Shown: positions 42,401 through 42,722 of the stretch, piece after piece
How the letters are laid out: each line of letters opens with the position of its first letter
How positions within the stretch are numbered: position 1 is the stretch's first letter
Assembly (NCBI GenBank): GCA_013202285.1
Contig: JABMRV010000057.1
Span: forward strand, 1-46,771
Direction: 5' to 3'
From: a bacterium
GTDB lineage: Bacteria; Electryoneota; AABM5-125-24; Hatepunaeales; Hatepunaeaceae
DNA: 46,771 nt
Made by a program: the position numbers and the translations under genes
The notes under the pieces: generated by a model
What the model saw: the letters and a program-made list of their open reading frames with translations, nothing else
The model's database searches: none
What the model was told of the DNA's origin: nothing

Positions 42401-42529
42401 TCAGGCACTTTACCAGCGGGACATCACAACGCCACATGGAGTGCTGATAACATGCCGACCGGTGTTTACATCTTCACTCTGGAAACTGAAGGAGTTAAAC
42501 TGGTTACAAAAGGTGTGCTGATTCGATAG
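12371..42529 (+). CDS. Giant (10,052 aa) T9SS-sorted mosaic surface protein / putative adhesin
   Basis: A single ATG..TAG frame of 30,159 nt. It opens with the signal peptide [29 protein letters not shown]. Recognisable domains run throughout (sub-features below), and it ends in a T9SS tail. A strong rho-independent terminator lies about 110 nt downstream. Confidence 0.93.
   Translation: [10052 protein letters not shown]
12650..13245 (+). other. NIDO-like module, copy 1 of 4
   Basis: [28 protein letters not shown]...[29 protein letters not shown]...[19 protein letters not shown]...[17 protein letters not shown]...GLAIGIS. The same roughly 190-aa pattern recurs at about 18825, 28040 and 30731. 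The NIDO resemblance is my pattern judgement. Confidence 0.55.
13265..14145 (+). repeat. Seven tandem LVIVD repeats (period about 42 aa), predicted beta-propeller
   Basis: [13 protein letters not shown] / [13 protein letters not shown] / [13 protein letters not shown] / [13 protein letters not shown] / [13 protein letters not shown] / [13 protein letters not shown] / [13 protein letters not shown], each preceded by [NDG]-[YF]-A-Y-V-A-D. This is the LVIVD repeat signature. Confidence 0.85.
14146..14590 (+). other. ASH / choice-of-anchor-D-like Ig domain plus a short Ig-like domain
   Basis: [42 protein letters not shown]...[32 protein letters not shown], then [38 protein letters not shown]. 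Confidence 0.7.
14374..14383 (+). repeat. G10 homopolymer inside the giant ORF (codons L668-G671)
   Basis: aat ttG GGG GGG GGG ctg. This is the longest homopolymer I saw inside a coding region in the window. Confidence 0.95.
14738..15150 (+). other. PA14 domain
   Basis: [13 protein letters not shown]...[62 protein letters not shown]...[25 protein letters not shown]. This is the classical PA14 motif set. Confidence 0.85.
15940..16590 (+). other. Unassigned beta-propeller-like payload module, copy 1 of 6
   Basis: [12 protein letters not shown]...[11 protein letters not shown]...[31 protein letters not shown]...[11 protein letters not shown]...[12 protein letters not shown]. Confidence 0.6.
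17355..18065 (+). other. Unassigned beta-propeller-like payload module, copy 2
   Basis: [30 protein letters not shown]...[11 protein letters not shown]...[13 protein letters not shown]. Confidence 0.6.
18825..19400 (+). other. NIDO-like module, copy 2
   Basis: [20 protein letters not shown]...[27 protein letters not shown]...[15 protein letters not shown]...[17 protein letters not shown]. Confidence 0.55.
20205..20925 (+). other. Unassigned beta-propeller-like payload module, copy 3 (close duplicate of copy 4)
   Basis: [63 protein letters not shown]...[12 protein letters not shown]. Confidence 0.6.
21690..22405 (+). other. Unique alpha/beta-type payload module (flavodoxin/GATase1-like sequence pattern, function unknown)
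   Basis: [14 protein letters not shown]...[33 protein letters not shown]...[15 protein letters not shown]...[16 protein letters not shown]. It occurs once in the protein. The fold guess is weak. Confidence 0.35.
23175..23895 (+). other. Unassigned beta-propeller-like payload module, copy 4
   Basis: [63 protein letters not shown]...[13 protein letters not shown]. Confidence 0.6.
24690..25405 (+). other. Unassigned beta-propeller-like payload module, copy 5
   Basis: [30 protein letters not shown]...[12 protein letters not shown]...[13 protein letters not shown]. Confidence 0.6.
26160..26875 (+). other. Unassigned beta-propeller-like payload module, copy 6
   Basis: [30 protein letters not shown]...[12 protein letters not shown]...[13 protein letters not shown]. 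Confidence 0.6.
28040..28620 (+). other. NIDO-like module, copy 3
   Basis: [30 protein letters not shown]...[27 protein letters not shown]...[19 protein letters not shown]...[18 protein letters not shown]. Confidence 0.55.
30731..31310 (+). other. NIDO-like module, copy 4
   Basis: [31 protein letters not shown]...[27 protein letters not shown]...[19 protein letters not shown]...[18 protein letters not shown]. Confidence 0.55.
31830..32345 (+). other. Single-copy module of about 170 aa, unknown family (possibly a beta-sandwich)
   Basis: [47 protein letters not shown]...[25 protein letters not shown]...[11 protein letters not shown]. I recognise no motif here. Confidence 0.3.
32360..33235 (+). 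repeat. Three cadherin-like / He_PIG-type Ig domains
   Basis: Units are bounded by [10 protein letters not shown] and [10 protein letters not shown], with internal D.D.D...L........LP....F.D.G.G...F.W.P...D.G.Y.....V.D patterns. Confidence 0.65.
33236..34660 (+). repeat. Three copies of an unassigned WGDDP module of about 115 aa, with one ASH domain (about 33610..33935) between copies 1 and 2
   Basis: [43 protein letters not shown] / [42 protein letters not shown] / [42 protein letters not shown]. Confidence 0.55.
34660..35825 (+). repeat. Four cadherin-like / He_PIG-type Ig domains
   Basis: Units are separated by [16 protein letters not shown] and NANLPPRI. Internal patterns include [34 protein letters not shown] and [13 protein letters not shown]. 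Confidence 0.65.
35821..38590 (+). repeat. Nine bacterial Ig-like domains of two alternating types
   Basis: Type 1 occurs 6 times: P..........P.I.A.I.D..SGID/SGVD...I.L.......Y....G.L......L.EG.H.....V.D.AGN. Type 2 occurs 3 times: ..ITGSAEP...V.L...........D..GN......L.EG.N.I.A...D.AGN.S.P. Confidence 0.6.
38595..41320 (+). repeat. Eight cadherin-like repeats, mostly ending in VNDPP/VNEPP (tandem-95-like), two of them He_PIG-like
   Basis: The repeat-terminating motifs [40 protein letters not shown] and IIPVNDPP recur. Acidic D.D.D stretches are typical of Ca-binding cadherin-like folds. Confidence 0.7.
41320..42266 (+). other. Conserved C-terminal cassette (two GWN..KD..G.F..P.WDF repeats plus a WGDDP module) shared with the 1,179-aa paralog
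   Basis: [13 protein letters not shown]...[46 protein letters not shown]...[72 protein letters not shown]. The paralog has the same order at about 1506..2375 (-). Confidence 0.6.
42267..42526 (+). other. T9SS type A C-terminal sorting domain of the giant protein
   Basis: [87 protein letters not shown]. Confidence 0.85.
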
Positions 42530-42542
42530 ATAATTCGTACCA

Positions 42543-42610
42543 CAGTCCCGACGCTTCGGGACTGCGGTCGTTAGTACTGGTTTTCACTGCAGAGTGGGGA
42601 CACTCTGCAG
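42543..42610 (+). other. Two perfect GC-rich hairpins immediately after the giant ORF stop
   Basis: CAGTCCCG-acgctt-CGGGACTG (42543..42564) and CTGCAGAGTG-ggga-CACTCTGCAG (42587..42610). Neither is followed by a T-run. Confidence 0.6.
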
Positions 42611-42636
42611 CACATAAGAGTGTCTATCCACCTCTA

Positions 42637-42683
42637 CCCCGGCATTCCTTCTGAAACAGCGAGTGCCGGGGTTTTCTTTTTTT
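42637..42683 (+). terminator. Rho-independent terminator of the giant gene
   Basis: CCCCGGCA (42637..42644), a 19-nt loop, TGCCGGGG (42664..42671), followed by TTTTCTTTTTTT (42672..42683). Confidence 0.75.
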
Positions 42684-42722
42684 GGCAAATATAAGAAACC
42701 GTTTCGGAAGCGATACTGCTGC

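Noticed and set aside
12371-42529. The possibility that the 30-kb ORF is a fusion artefact of several adjacent genes or a mis-assembly.
   Set aside because: This is not fully excluded. However, 10,053 consecutive sense codons with consistent domain grammar argue for a genuine single gene, as do the single signal peptide at the start, the single sorting tail at the end and the strong terminator after it. Most internal repeats are too diverged to mis-assemble. The exception is the pair at about 20.2 and 23.2 kb, flagged above for read-level checking.
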